DNA of 44,615 bases from Basidiobolus ranarum (lineage: Eukaryota). The notes under the pieces are model-generated. The model saw only the letters and a list, made by a program, of their open reading frames with translations. It was not told the DNA's origin and did no database searches. Shown here piece by piece: positions 1 to 9,605 of this stretch. Each line of letters begins with the position of its first letter. Position 1 is the stretch's first letter. The position numbers and the translations under genes are program-made. The stretch is taken from positions 1-44,615 of the forward strand of contig JASJQH010000029.1 of the NCBI GenBank assembly GCA_040143965.1, given 5' to 3'.

Positions 1-150
1 TAGATTCTACTGACTTAACTTTTCTGCTTTGCAACATTCATACAAATACTCCAGATCTCCATATATTAGTTAAGAAACTACAAAAGTAGTTATGGCTTCT
101 TTGTTTTGTTTTAAATAAAGATTTCACCTTTTGGTGACTGTCTCCCCCCC

Positions 151-589
151 CTAAACGTTGAGCCTATATTCTTGATCCCAATGCTCATCAGGAAACTGTT
201 CAAGTGGTGCTTCGTGGGCCACTCCAGAGTTATTGATTAAAAAATCTAGATGTTGTTCTTGCTCAGCAACTCTTTGGGCTAAAGCTTCGCATCCTTGTTT
301 AGATGAAAGATCGGCTTGTATGGCCTTGCATATACCTGGGCCGAGCTTTGTTAACTCGGTGGCCACATTCTCAATTAATTCCAAACGACGACTTGCAATG
401 TACACTTTGGCTCCATTAGCTATCAGAGCTTTTGTGATCATAAGACCAATGCTACATCTAACATTAGTAATTCAATGTATGGACCGGATTAATGAATTCT
501 TACCCGGTACCGCCTCCGGTAATTAAGCCAACACGTCCAGAAACATCAAATAGATTTCCGACAGTGAATTGAGATAACTCAGTAGACAT
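151..589 (-). CDS. Short-chain dehydrogenase/reductase (RhlG/gluconate dehydrogenase-like), N-terminal half only; truncated or interrupted at ~151
   Basis: ATG at 589 gives MSTELSQFTVGNLFDVSGRVGLITGGGTG, then a GT-AG intron (503-452), then IGLMITKAL...DFLINNSG...RLNV. The TGxxxGIG and NNSG SDR motifs are present. The frame ends in TAG followed by a G-run, and no YxxxK catalytic exon is visible in 1-150. Confidence 0.8.
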
Positions 590-995
590 TTTAGCAATTT
601 GTTGATGAATAGTTAAAGATTTGCTCGAAGTTGAAGCATGCTTTTATATTTTTTGTTCTTTATAGAAGACTATCAATGCTTAGTAAAAGAAATGAGGATA
701 TTGTGCTGTTTAACTTGGCGTGTTCATTCACTCCATTACACCATCAGCTTCCATTCGTATATGTTTCAAAATGTATCCACCATGTATTTGTAAGCCAAAT
801 AAAACTGATTGCTTTACTCCGCAGCAGTGTTGATTAGTAATATGTATATCGATTGCGAATTTAGAATGTTGCTAGTATAGAGCCAGTGCCTTGCCTAGGC
901 AATATGGGAAATAGATGAGAAAGCAACATAATGTTTATTTACCCAATGGGCTAGTGAGGCTGGTGGCAATAGCATTTGAACTCTCCAAGCCAGTC

Positions 996-2222
996 ATGCG
1001 CTTTCAGTATACTTCCTTAGTTCTCGTGGCCTTGTGTAAAGTAGCCAAAGCGCAAGAAGCGGAGCTCACCACTTTGGCTGAAATTGACCCTACCTGGATT
1101 AGTGAATATGACCTCTCAGGTGTGCCAGATGTGGTACCAAGACCAGTGGGATCTGGTACCTGTCCAAGCTCTCAATGTGGACCGAAAGATTGTGAGAACT
1201 GCTGAGAAACGTGTGGTAACTGTGCCTTACCTGATGACATCTATGGCTGTCAAGCTGGTCAGTGGGCTCTAACATTTGATGATGGACCATCTCAATATAC
1301 ATCGCAACTACTCGATATCCTTGCTGCAGCCAATGTTCAAGCCACATTTCAAATGATTGGCTCAAATGTGATCCAATTTCCAGATGTAGTTAAAAGAGCT
1401 TATGATGAAGGTCACCAAATTGCTTCTCACTCATGGTCGCATCCACATTTCATGTTTCTCTCTAAGGATCAGATTGTCGCCGAGGTAAAAGCTACAGAGA
1501 ATGCTCTCCTTAATATTACTGGGGCAAAGCCTGCTTATATTCGCCCACCCTATGATGAGGCAGATGATCATGTTAAAGCCATCTTCAAGGCAATGGGATA
1601 TCATACTTTGTTATGAAACATGGGTACCCCGGATTGGGATATTTCAGAGAAGGAAAATGCTAGTCTCATCCTAGACTCTTTCAAGTCCGCTATAACTAAA
1701 GGTACTGATCTTAACGCTCACAACGACCTCGGATTCATCTCTTTGCATCATGATATCTATATCGATACTGTTCAACAGACACCCAATATAGAACAACTTC
1801 TGGCTCAGTATAATTTCCATCTTGTTCTTGCTTATGAATGTGCCAACTTACCACCATATCAAAACCTGAGTCAGAACACTACCACTGTACCCAGTAGTAC
1901 TCCTACCTCTAGTGGAAGTACCACTACTAATACTTCTGGGCCGAATCCAAATAATGGGAATGACGATGATGATGGTACTGGCTCGAATTCAGGCGGTAAT
2001 GATTCGGACTCCGCTAGTGCCCCTGATGAAGATGGCTCAGACTCTAACACTAGTGCCCCTGATGATGACTCTAACACTAAGGTTGTATCTAAAAATACAG
2101 TTTCATTATCGAAACGAGGCGAGAGCAACTTTTCTGGCAGAACATCAAATATGTCAACTTATAGAGTATCACTCCACTCTCTCCTATTCATACTCTTTTC
2201 TTCACATTTCTTGTGGGCTTAA
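996..2222 (+). pseudogene. Secreted, probably GPI-anchored chitin/polysaccharide deacetylase (CE4/NodB) with two in-frame TGA codons (pseudogene or recoded gene)
   Basis: One continuous frame joins ORFs 915-1205, 1353-1616 and 1620-2222. It contains a signal peptide (MRFQYTSLVLVALC), a Cys-rich segment, the motifs TFDDGP, HSWSHP, RPPY and ISLHHD, a Ser/Thr/Asp-rich stalk and a hydrophobic C-terminus. TGA codons lie at 1203-1205 and 1614-1616. Confidence 0.8.
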
Positions 2223-2300
2223 GTGTTATTCAGAGACATATTACATCATGTGATCTTCATTTCAAAGATATTTTATTTCGTTCTATCGTGTATCTTTCTT

Positions 2301-2383
2301 CATTTCATTTTACCATATCTTCATCTATTGACATACGCATTTCATTTTACCATATCTTCATCTATTGACATACGCATTTCATT
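2301..2383. repeat. Perfect 37-bp tandem duplication (2.2 copies)
   Basis: CATTTCATTTTACCATATCTTCATCTATTGACATACG at 2301 and 2338, with a partial third copy at 2375. Confidence 0.95.
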
Positions 2384-3048
2384 ATCATTTCGAATTGACT
2401 TGGTCTGCACTAAGAAATAAAAGGAAATATTTACTTCAAATGCATGTTATTAGTTTTGGAGGATGGGCTTTTAGTACTGAAGATAAGACTAGACCTATCT
2501 TTGGAGATTCTGTTCTCGCTGTGCTTACTTTGACACTATTTGAAATGATGAAGATAGCTATATGAAGTTGAAAACTCAACTATGATTTGGCCTTAGCAAA
2601 AGATCCATCCCACGTGTTTCATGACATATGCGCACAGGAATGGCGTTGTGGAATGTTTAAGGCAGTAAAGTTATATATAAACGATAATTCTTTTGCTAGT
2701 GTTATTGTGGGAATATCGGGTATGGAAATGCAACTCATGCATAACTCATACTAGTATGGAAGATATAACCAGTGCCTACCAAGTGTAAATACTGCAATAT
2801 GCAAGTAACAGAAGCAGTACTATGTATAAGAAATAAATGAGTCGGCTTTATTTCAACCATTTACAGCATCAAGTTCGTATAAGAAAGAGTCAGTTTTATT
2901 TTAAGGAGTAGAGTTGGAATGCAGGTTAGACTCCAACATATGAACATTAATGCATAGCCCGTGGGTGAATAGGGTATACATATATATAATAAGACTATTA
3001 CATGAGTAAATATAGTATACACGTATATATTAAGACCATTCCAATTCT

Positions 3049-4244
3049 CTAGTTATATGATAATTTCAGCGGTGAAACACCCACTACAGGGCCAACATGT
3101 TTTTCTATAAATGCCATGTCTTCAGCTACTTTTGTGCGGTTTTCCATGTAATTTTGGAAGCCCAGCGGGCTAGTATTTTCTATCATCCAGATAGGTTTGA
3201 TGCCTGGTGGTGGAGGGATATCAGTTCGTTGAGACCATGTGTGGGACATAAGAGTTTTCTGAACATTATAGGATGTCAGCCAGCTGATGTATAGTTTTGC
3301 AGTAGCTGGATGTTTAGCGTCTTTGAAAATGCCACCTAATTGTGCCCATGACTGGAAGAAAGTCTTTTTGGGTAAAATAGTTACACTTTTATCTGTGGCT
3401 GTTGGTGTGAGAGAGCCCTTACTCGTAAAAGTAACGTGACATGTTCCATTGTTGATATAGAATGAGGGTGTACCTGTCCCCCTCACAGCGATCGGCCTCT
3501 GATCAAGGAAAGCTTTCAACCAGCCCTCGCCATTTTGTTCTATCACTTTCATAAACTGATAAAGCACAGCATCATCGTCATTAGGATAGGTGAATATGAT
3601 TTTACCGCCATTTAGTTCCGGTCTCAGATAATCCGCGGCTTCAATTGGTCGTTGAGTCAGAGGAATCCTGGTGCTAACTAAATTCGTAAAGTAGTATATG
3701 TGAGTTGCCCAATAGTAAGCTTCTTTATCTTTATAAGGATCATATATGTATTCAAAGCCAATGGGTTTATATCTGAGAGGACAAGAGTTAGACAAAGTAA
3801 ACCGATAATTCTATTTCAGACAACTTACTGCATCAACACTCCTTGGGATTTCCAGCGCGGGAAATCTTGTACGGTTTGTAAATGAGCCAAATCAGCCTCG
3901 AGAGCATGACCCCCCTGAGCAAGCTGTTTGTCAATCAAACGATTATGATATTTACTAAGATCCACAGTAATGTTGAGCTTTGTTCCAGGGAATCTACTTT
4001 CAAATGCCTTGACTATCGTGGAAGCACCATTCGGCAAGTCACCACCAGCGTAGACATTTACAAGACCACCCTCTTCTAGAGCATCTTTATAAAGCCTTTC
4101 AAGCTCAGTTTCCTCGGCCATCACATATGGAGGCATACAAGTGCCACGAAACGGTTCACGGCATATAGAAAGCGAATTGACGATGCTACGAGGGAGCAGT
4201 GCAGCCATAGCGGTCAGCACAATAGATGAGAGAGTAAGCTTCAT
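3049..4244 (-). CDS. Secreted periplasmic-binding-protein-like II (ABC-type Fe3+/polyamine/thiamine solute-binding family) protein, paralog A
   Basis: Exons 4244-3829 and 3772-3049 with a 56-nt GTAAGT..CAG intron. Signal peptide MKLTLSSIVLTAMAALL. Family motifs YAGGD, DLSKYH, HLQTVQDFPRWK, YPNDDDAVLYQF and HPATAKLYISW. Confidence 0.85.
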
Positions 4245-4953
4245 TTGTTCTAACAATATTTGAAGGCTTCAGCTAGCACATGGATAATATAGAAATTGTT
4301 ACTGGCACTGTTGGTTTTATAGAATTTGTTGTGTTGGATAGAAAACTTCCAAGCATAACTCATCAACGAAGTTGCTCATGCCCATATTGATGTCATACTC
4401 AAGGGTCTACATATATTAACAAAGCTGACGTTATACTCAATGATGGTTGAACTAGCAACAAATGAGCAGGGTTGATGTAGATCAAAATTTACTGTAAGCG
4501 CGATGATTGCCAGTCTCTTTATCTTCATGTGAGAAGATGAAGAATCCGATTGATATGAAGGAGCGAAAGAATTACAACGTAGATGCAACTCTGTAGATCT
4601 CTATAGAGCGTACATTCCCCTCCCCTACCATCGAAAGATGACAGTCTTTGTGATAGCTCCTATCTCTAAAATCACATGTATATTGAAAATACATTATGCA
4701 AGATGAACTCCCTATTGAAATCACGGGTTATGTATTCCTTTCGGATAATGCTAGTACTACATATCAAACGATGAAGAACTCACAGCGTACGTGAATACTA
4801 ATATCCAACCGTATACCTTGGTTGAGAACACTGCTTATATCCATTGTAGATCATTTTCTAGTACGGAAAATCACTAGTACAGATACTGCAAATACTGGAT
4901 CTGCCATTTATTATCTGTAATTAACTGGATAAATGCGAGGACCAAAAAAATAA

Positions 4954-6149
4954 TCAAGAATAGGATAATCTCAACGACGAGACCCCGCGTACAGGGCCAA
5001 CAAATTGCTGTATATAGGCCTTATCTTCTTCAACTTTGGTACGGTTTTGCATGTAACTTTGGAAACCGAGAGGGTCAGTATTCTCTATATCCCATATATG
5101 CTTGTAACCTGGTGGTGGGGGGATGTCAACTCGTGGAGACCATATATGAGAATATAACGTCTTTTGAACATTATACGATGTCAACCAACTGACGTAGAGT
5201 TTTGCGGCAGCCGGATGCTTAGCTTCGTTGAAAATGCCACCTTGCTGTGCCCATGACTGGAAGAAGGTTTTTTTGGGGAGAAGCGTTAAAGATTTGGCTG
5301 TCGCGTCTGGTGTCAGCGAACTCTTACTCGTAAAAGTGACTAAGCATGTTCCATTATTAATATAGAACGGGGGTGTACCTGTTCCACGAACAGCTATCGG
5401 CTTCTGTCGAATGAATGCCCGCATCCAATCTTCGCCATTCTCCTCTATCACCTTCATGAACTGATAAAGAATGGCATCGTCATCATTAGGATACGTATAC
5501 ATAATTTTACCTCCAAAGAACTGTGGTTTTAAGTAATCCTGGGCTTCAGTTGGTCTTTGGTCTGGAGGAATACTGGTGCTAACCAGATTTGTGAAGAAAT
5601 TGATATGAGTTGGCCAATAATAGCCTTCTTCATCTTTATAAGGATCATAAAGATGCGAAAAGCCGACAGGCTTGTACCTAAAGAAAAGAGAATTAGTCAA
5701 GGTACAACGACAACTGATTTTCCGACTACTTACTGCATCAATCTTCCCTCGGATTTCCAGCGGGGGAAGTTTTGGATTGTCTGTAAATGAGCTACATCTG
5801 TCTCCAAAGCGCCACCACCTTGGGCCAACTGCCTATCAATCAATACATCATGATATTTGCTAATATCCATCGTAATGTTAAGCGTTGTTCCCGGAAATCT
5901 TTTTTCAAAAGCCTTAACTATCCCTACAGAGGCAAACGGTAAATCACCTCCAGCCAAGACATTGACGTGACCCCCTTCCTCAAGAGCATCCTGATAAAGC
6001 CTTTCGATCTCCTTTTCCTCAGCTTCAACGTATGGAGGCTCACAAGTTCCACGGAATTTTACCGCACATAAGGAACGAGAATTGGCAGAGGCAAAGGGTA
6101 GCAATGCAGCAGTTGCTGTAAAGAGCACAAATGAAAGATGAGATTTCAT
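4954..6149 (-). CDS. Secreted periplasmic-binding-protein-like II solute-binding protein, paralog B
   Basis: Exons 6149-5734 and 5677-4954 with a 56-nt intron at the same position as in paralog A. Signal peptide and motifs LAGGD, DISKYH, YPNDDDAILYQF and HPAAAKLYVSW. Aligns end-to-end with paralog A. Confidence 0.85.
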
Positions 6150-6757
6150 TGTATGATAGATTGCAGCAACACTGATGGTTTACACAGATTGCTGGGTGGC
6201 TTTAAAGGATTTGGAGGATTGTTGGATCATCGAATATGTGATGATACTTGGCTAAGTTCAAACACCAAAGTAAAACTCCAGAATTTAGAATCGATGCACT
6301 GTTGAATCGTGGAGTTTGAGGTTTTCTGCGATTGAAATGTACATACTACATATATATACTTGCTAATTTAATTCTCAGTGACTTTCATCAAAGCAAGAAG
6401 TTATTTAAGCTCTGACATACCTGAGTTGTTGAACAAACTGTGGATGTAAGGATGTCACAATGTGTATAGTCTAGATTGATATTGAAGGATAAATTGATCA
6501 ATATAAATTGTCGCTGACCCGGTTCCATGAAGCATATGCAATGTACGTGGCATATGAAGCGAGGGTGTATGAGGCGACGTCGCGTATTATCGTTAAACAT
6601 TATTATTGCTTTTGAATTCTTCGTTCCAATAAGTGGAAATTCATACGCCTGTTTACTGTTTCAACCTTTGCAAGGCTCTATCTGTACACTTCCTATAGTT
6701 TCCTTATGGCTTAAAGTAGGCACTCACATAGTTGGTTGCTTAGTAATCATTCACATG

Positions 6758-6810
6758 ATTAGTATCATTTTCGTATTTAAATATATTAGTAGCATTTTCG
6801 TATTTAAATA
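6758..6810. repeat. 27-bp tandem duplication
   Basis: ATTAGTATCATTTTCGTATTTAAATAT followed by ATTAGTAGCATTTTCGTATTTAAATA. Confidence 0.9.
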
Positions 6811-7064
6811 GCAGTCTCTAGCGTGTAAGTATCTGCTCCATCATCTGCTAAGGTGTGATGCGTGAGACATAAAAGAAATAGACGTAACCCAAGTTCAGTG
6901 TGTTTTACTACTAAAAGCAAGAACTTCATTAAAAATAGATGCTTTGAGTGAGATTAGATATGTATATGATGTATGCATATGGTATGCATTAAATTGGATC
7001 AGAAATTCTACATCCATCTGTTTAATGAGACGTGGTCATATCTTACATCATATCCTCCTCACTG

Positions 7065-7105
7065 TACGCTGCTCTTCACCCTACGCTGCTCTTCACCCTA
7101 CGCTG
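7065..7105. repeat. 17-bp tandem repeat (2.4 copies)
   Basis: TACGCTGCTCTTCACCC twice, plus TACGCTG. Confidence 0.9.
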
Positions 7106-7147
7106 GATTCAGATCATAACTTATCACATTGTTACAGCTGACTGGGA

Positions 7148-7257
7148 TAGGGTTAGAACAGGAGATGTTTCTGAAGTAGGGTTAGAACAGGAGATGATTC
7201 TGAAGTAGGGTTAGAACAGGAGATGATTCTGAAATAGGGTAAGAACAGGAGATGATT
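7148..7257. repeat. 29-bp minisatellite (~3.8 copies) with a telomere-like TAGGGTTAG core
   Basis: Units TAGGGTTAGAACAGGAGATG(T/A)TTCTGAAG start at 7148, 7177, 7206 and 7235, head-to-tail with no spacers. Confidence 0.95.
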
Positions 7258-7363
7258 TAGAGTCCCCTTAAACACTATACGATCTACATCTCATCGATCG
7301 GAGATTCATTGTATATCGAGTTTATATTTATTATACATTGGAGTTTTTAAATTCAAGCTAATA

Positions 7364-8042
7364 TCAACAAGAAGTACGACAAAAGGGTACAAAACGGAAT
7401 CGAGTGTTCAATGGGTTGAATATGCTGGCAGTACCTGTCACTATATTCGATACATGAGCAATCCGCGAGTGCTTTGCTAGGGTTGATTTTCTCCGAAAAC
7501 TGGTTTCAAGAATTAGTAAACGTTAAGCAAAGTAGAGTACCTGAGTGAAATGTTACCTTTTATTGCACTCGAAAAAGTGGCACTGATAAGGTCTATCTCC
7601 GGCGTGGATTCTACGATGACGGCTGAGGGAACTGCTGTCACTGAATGATTTCTCGCAGTCCTCCCATGTACAATGAAATGGCCTTTCACCCGAATGTGTT
7701 CGTAAATGAATCGTCAGGGAGGATTTCTAAAAGTCAACGATATTTCGTTACACAAAGTTTGGTTTATAGTTAAGGGTTAGGGTTAGGTTCGATGCTTACC
7801 TGGATGAAACTTTGGTTACAACCAGATTCTGTACATGTGTAGGGTCTTTAAAAGTTAAAGGTTAGATTTTTCAGGGAAACATAGTATTTGGCGATCATTC
7901 AGTACCTCTCGTTAGTGTGAATTCGTTGATGACGCAGTAAATCAGCTCTTCTCTTGAAGGCTTTCTTGCAACTCGACCATTTACATGGGAATACTCGCTC
8001 CTCCTCTGTGTGTACCGGATGGATCAAATCTAGGATATCCAT
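7364..8042 (-). CDS. Small C2H2 zinc-finger protein (4 fingers, ~162 aa, 4 exons); absent from the ORF track
   Basis: Exons 8042-7906, 7845-7800, 7726-7557 and 7499-7364 joined by GT-AG introns give MDILDLIHP...[116 protein letters not shown]..., with TGERP-type linkers. Confidence 0.9.
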
Positions 8043-8535
8043 AATGTAGATAGACGAAGCGGATAGAAGTGGATAGTGATGTTCAGATATAATGGCTGGA
8101 GAAAGGAAGTGAAAATAATCGGTGCGATGCGAATATCTGAGTGATAGATGTGTATGGCTTACCGTAGGTTTATAAATGGTGGTCGAACCATCCTATTCAT
8201 CTTAGCCATTCCCTCGCCTGCATACTTCCCCTAAAATATGAAACCTGCACTTTAAGTGTTTCAAGGAATTCCAGTTTTTAGTACACTATGCTTGCTATTC
8301 AAATAGGCCCCTCTTTAGTTTCAAATATAATGATGATTAGCAAGCCCCGGTGGAGGTTCCCATATAAGTGATTATTAAAATGCTTTCGCTGGTGTTTATG
8401 AATGTCACTGCTGTAAATGAAGGTTGAAGCTACGTAAGCTAGCTGACTTCATATGTTGGTCATAATTGAACATTATCATCAATGAAAATCCACTTTGTGT
8501 GACTGAGTAAGTTTGGGTAGAGTCGAGCTAGCGGC

Positions 8536-8596
8536 TTGGAATAGATAGTGGAGTGGAGCTAAAGGGACTGGTTTGGAATCGACAGTGGAGTGGAGC
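8536..8596. repeat. Imperfect 24-bp direct repeat, 37-bp period
   Basis: TTGGAATAGATAGTGGAGTGGAGC at 8536 and TTGGAATCGACAGTGGAGTGGAGC at 8573. Confidence 0.8.
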
Positions 8597-8886
8597 GGTC
8601 TGATCACTTCCAAGCATAAATAGAGCACATTGACCATTCTCTGATATATTTGGTAATGATTCAAGGAATGTTTCAATTATGGCGAACAGTGCACCACTAC
8701 TTGGCAACGCTTTAGAGGGGCAGTAAAAACTAGATTCATTGTCAACTTAGTAAGTACATTATATCTCACTTCAATCAAATATGTGGCCAAAGTACTCGTA
8801 TACTTGGATGCAAGCTATCAGCGATTTTATATTTCATTAAGATGGATCGCCGATATCACAATGGACATTCATACTGCTACATTAAT

Positions 8887-8948
8887 GAAACCCTGACCAA
8901 TGCTTGATGACAACTAAGAAACCCTGGCCAATGTTTGATGGCAACTAA
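8887..8948. repeat. 31-bp tandem duplication differing by three transitions
   Basis: GAAACCCTGACCAATGCTTGATGACAACTAA followed by GAAACCCTGGCCAATGTTTGATGGCAACTAA. Confidence 0.9.
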
Positions 8949-9605
8949 ACATGAATAAAGAATTAGAATAAACTGTGAACAGATAGAATAGAACTAAGCT
9001 TCCATCCGAAACACAATTAAATAGAATAAAACTAAGCTAGCGTCCAACGAAACATGAATGAAAAACCTGGCTTAGTGCCTGACCAATTGGATTGACATCT
9101 GGAGGAGGACGTGAATGATGCCATTAAGAGGTAAGTGTAACAACAGCAGATCCATTTGGTACCCGTAGGATAGGTCAACAACCAATCATATGCCTAGTGC
9201 TAGGGAAGATGCTAACCTACTACAGATGATCAAGAGAGGGTTAGGGTTAAAGTAACAATCTCGAATAGATCCACGTGGTACCCCCAGAAATCCACATACT
9301 TAACCCAAAGTATGCCAATCCCAATCACCGTTTCCTAAATCCATCCAACAGGCGAATGTACAATATAGTCTTTTTTTTGACTGCTAACTTCGCTCAAATC
9401 CCAATGCACAGAAACGTGATGGGACAAAGGTTTTTTGATTAATATTGCAAGTATAATGTACCAATGATTGCGAGTCATTGAGACATCAGGTTACCTTTAA
9501 ACTTACACAAGAAATTTTACTTGGAATAAATATTGACACAGGCCGACTGTAATTCCATACGAAATCTCTACAGTCCGTCCATTTCCCTCTACATATCTCA
9601 AGAAC

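Noticed and set aside
1203-1616. Selenocysteine reading of the deacetylase TGA codons
   Set aside because: The first TGA is among cysteines, but both align to Trp-like positions. No convincing SECIS was seen; the AGTTGA-AAAC-TCAACT hairpin near 2566-2581 has too short a stem.
7148-7257. CRISPR-like array of 29-bp repeats
   Set aside because: The units are head-to-tail with no unique spacers, there are no cas genes, and the context is eukaryotic.
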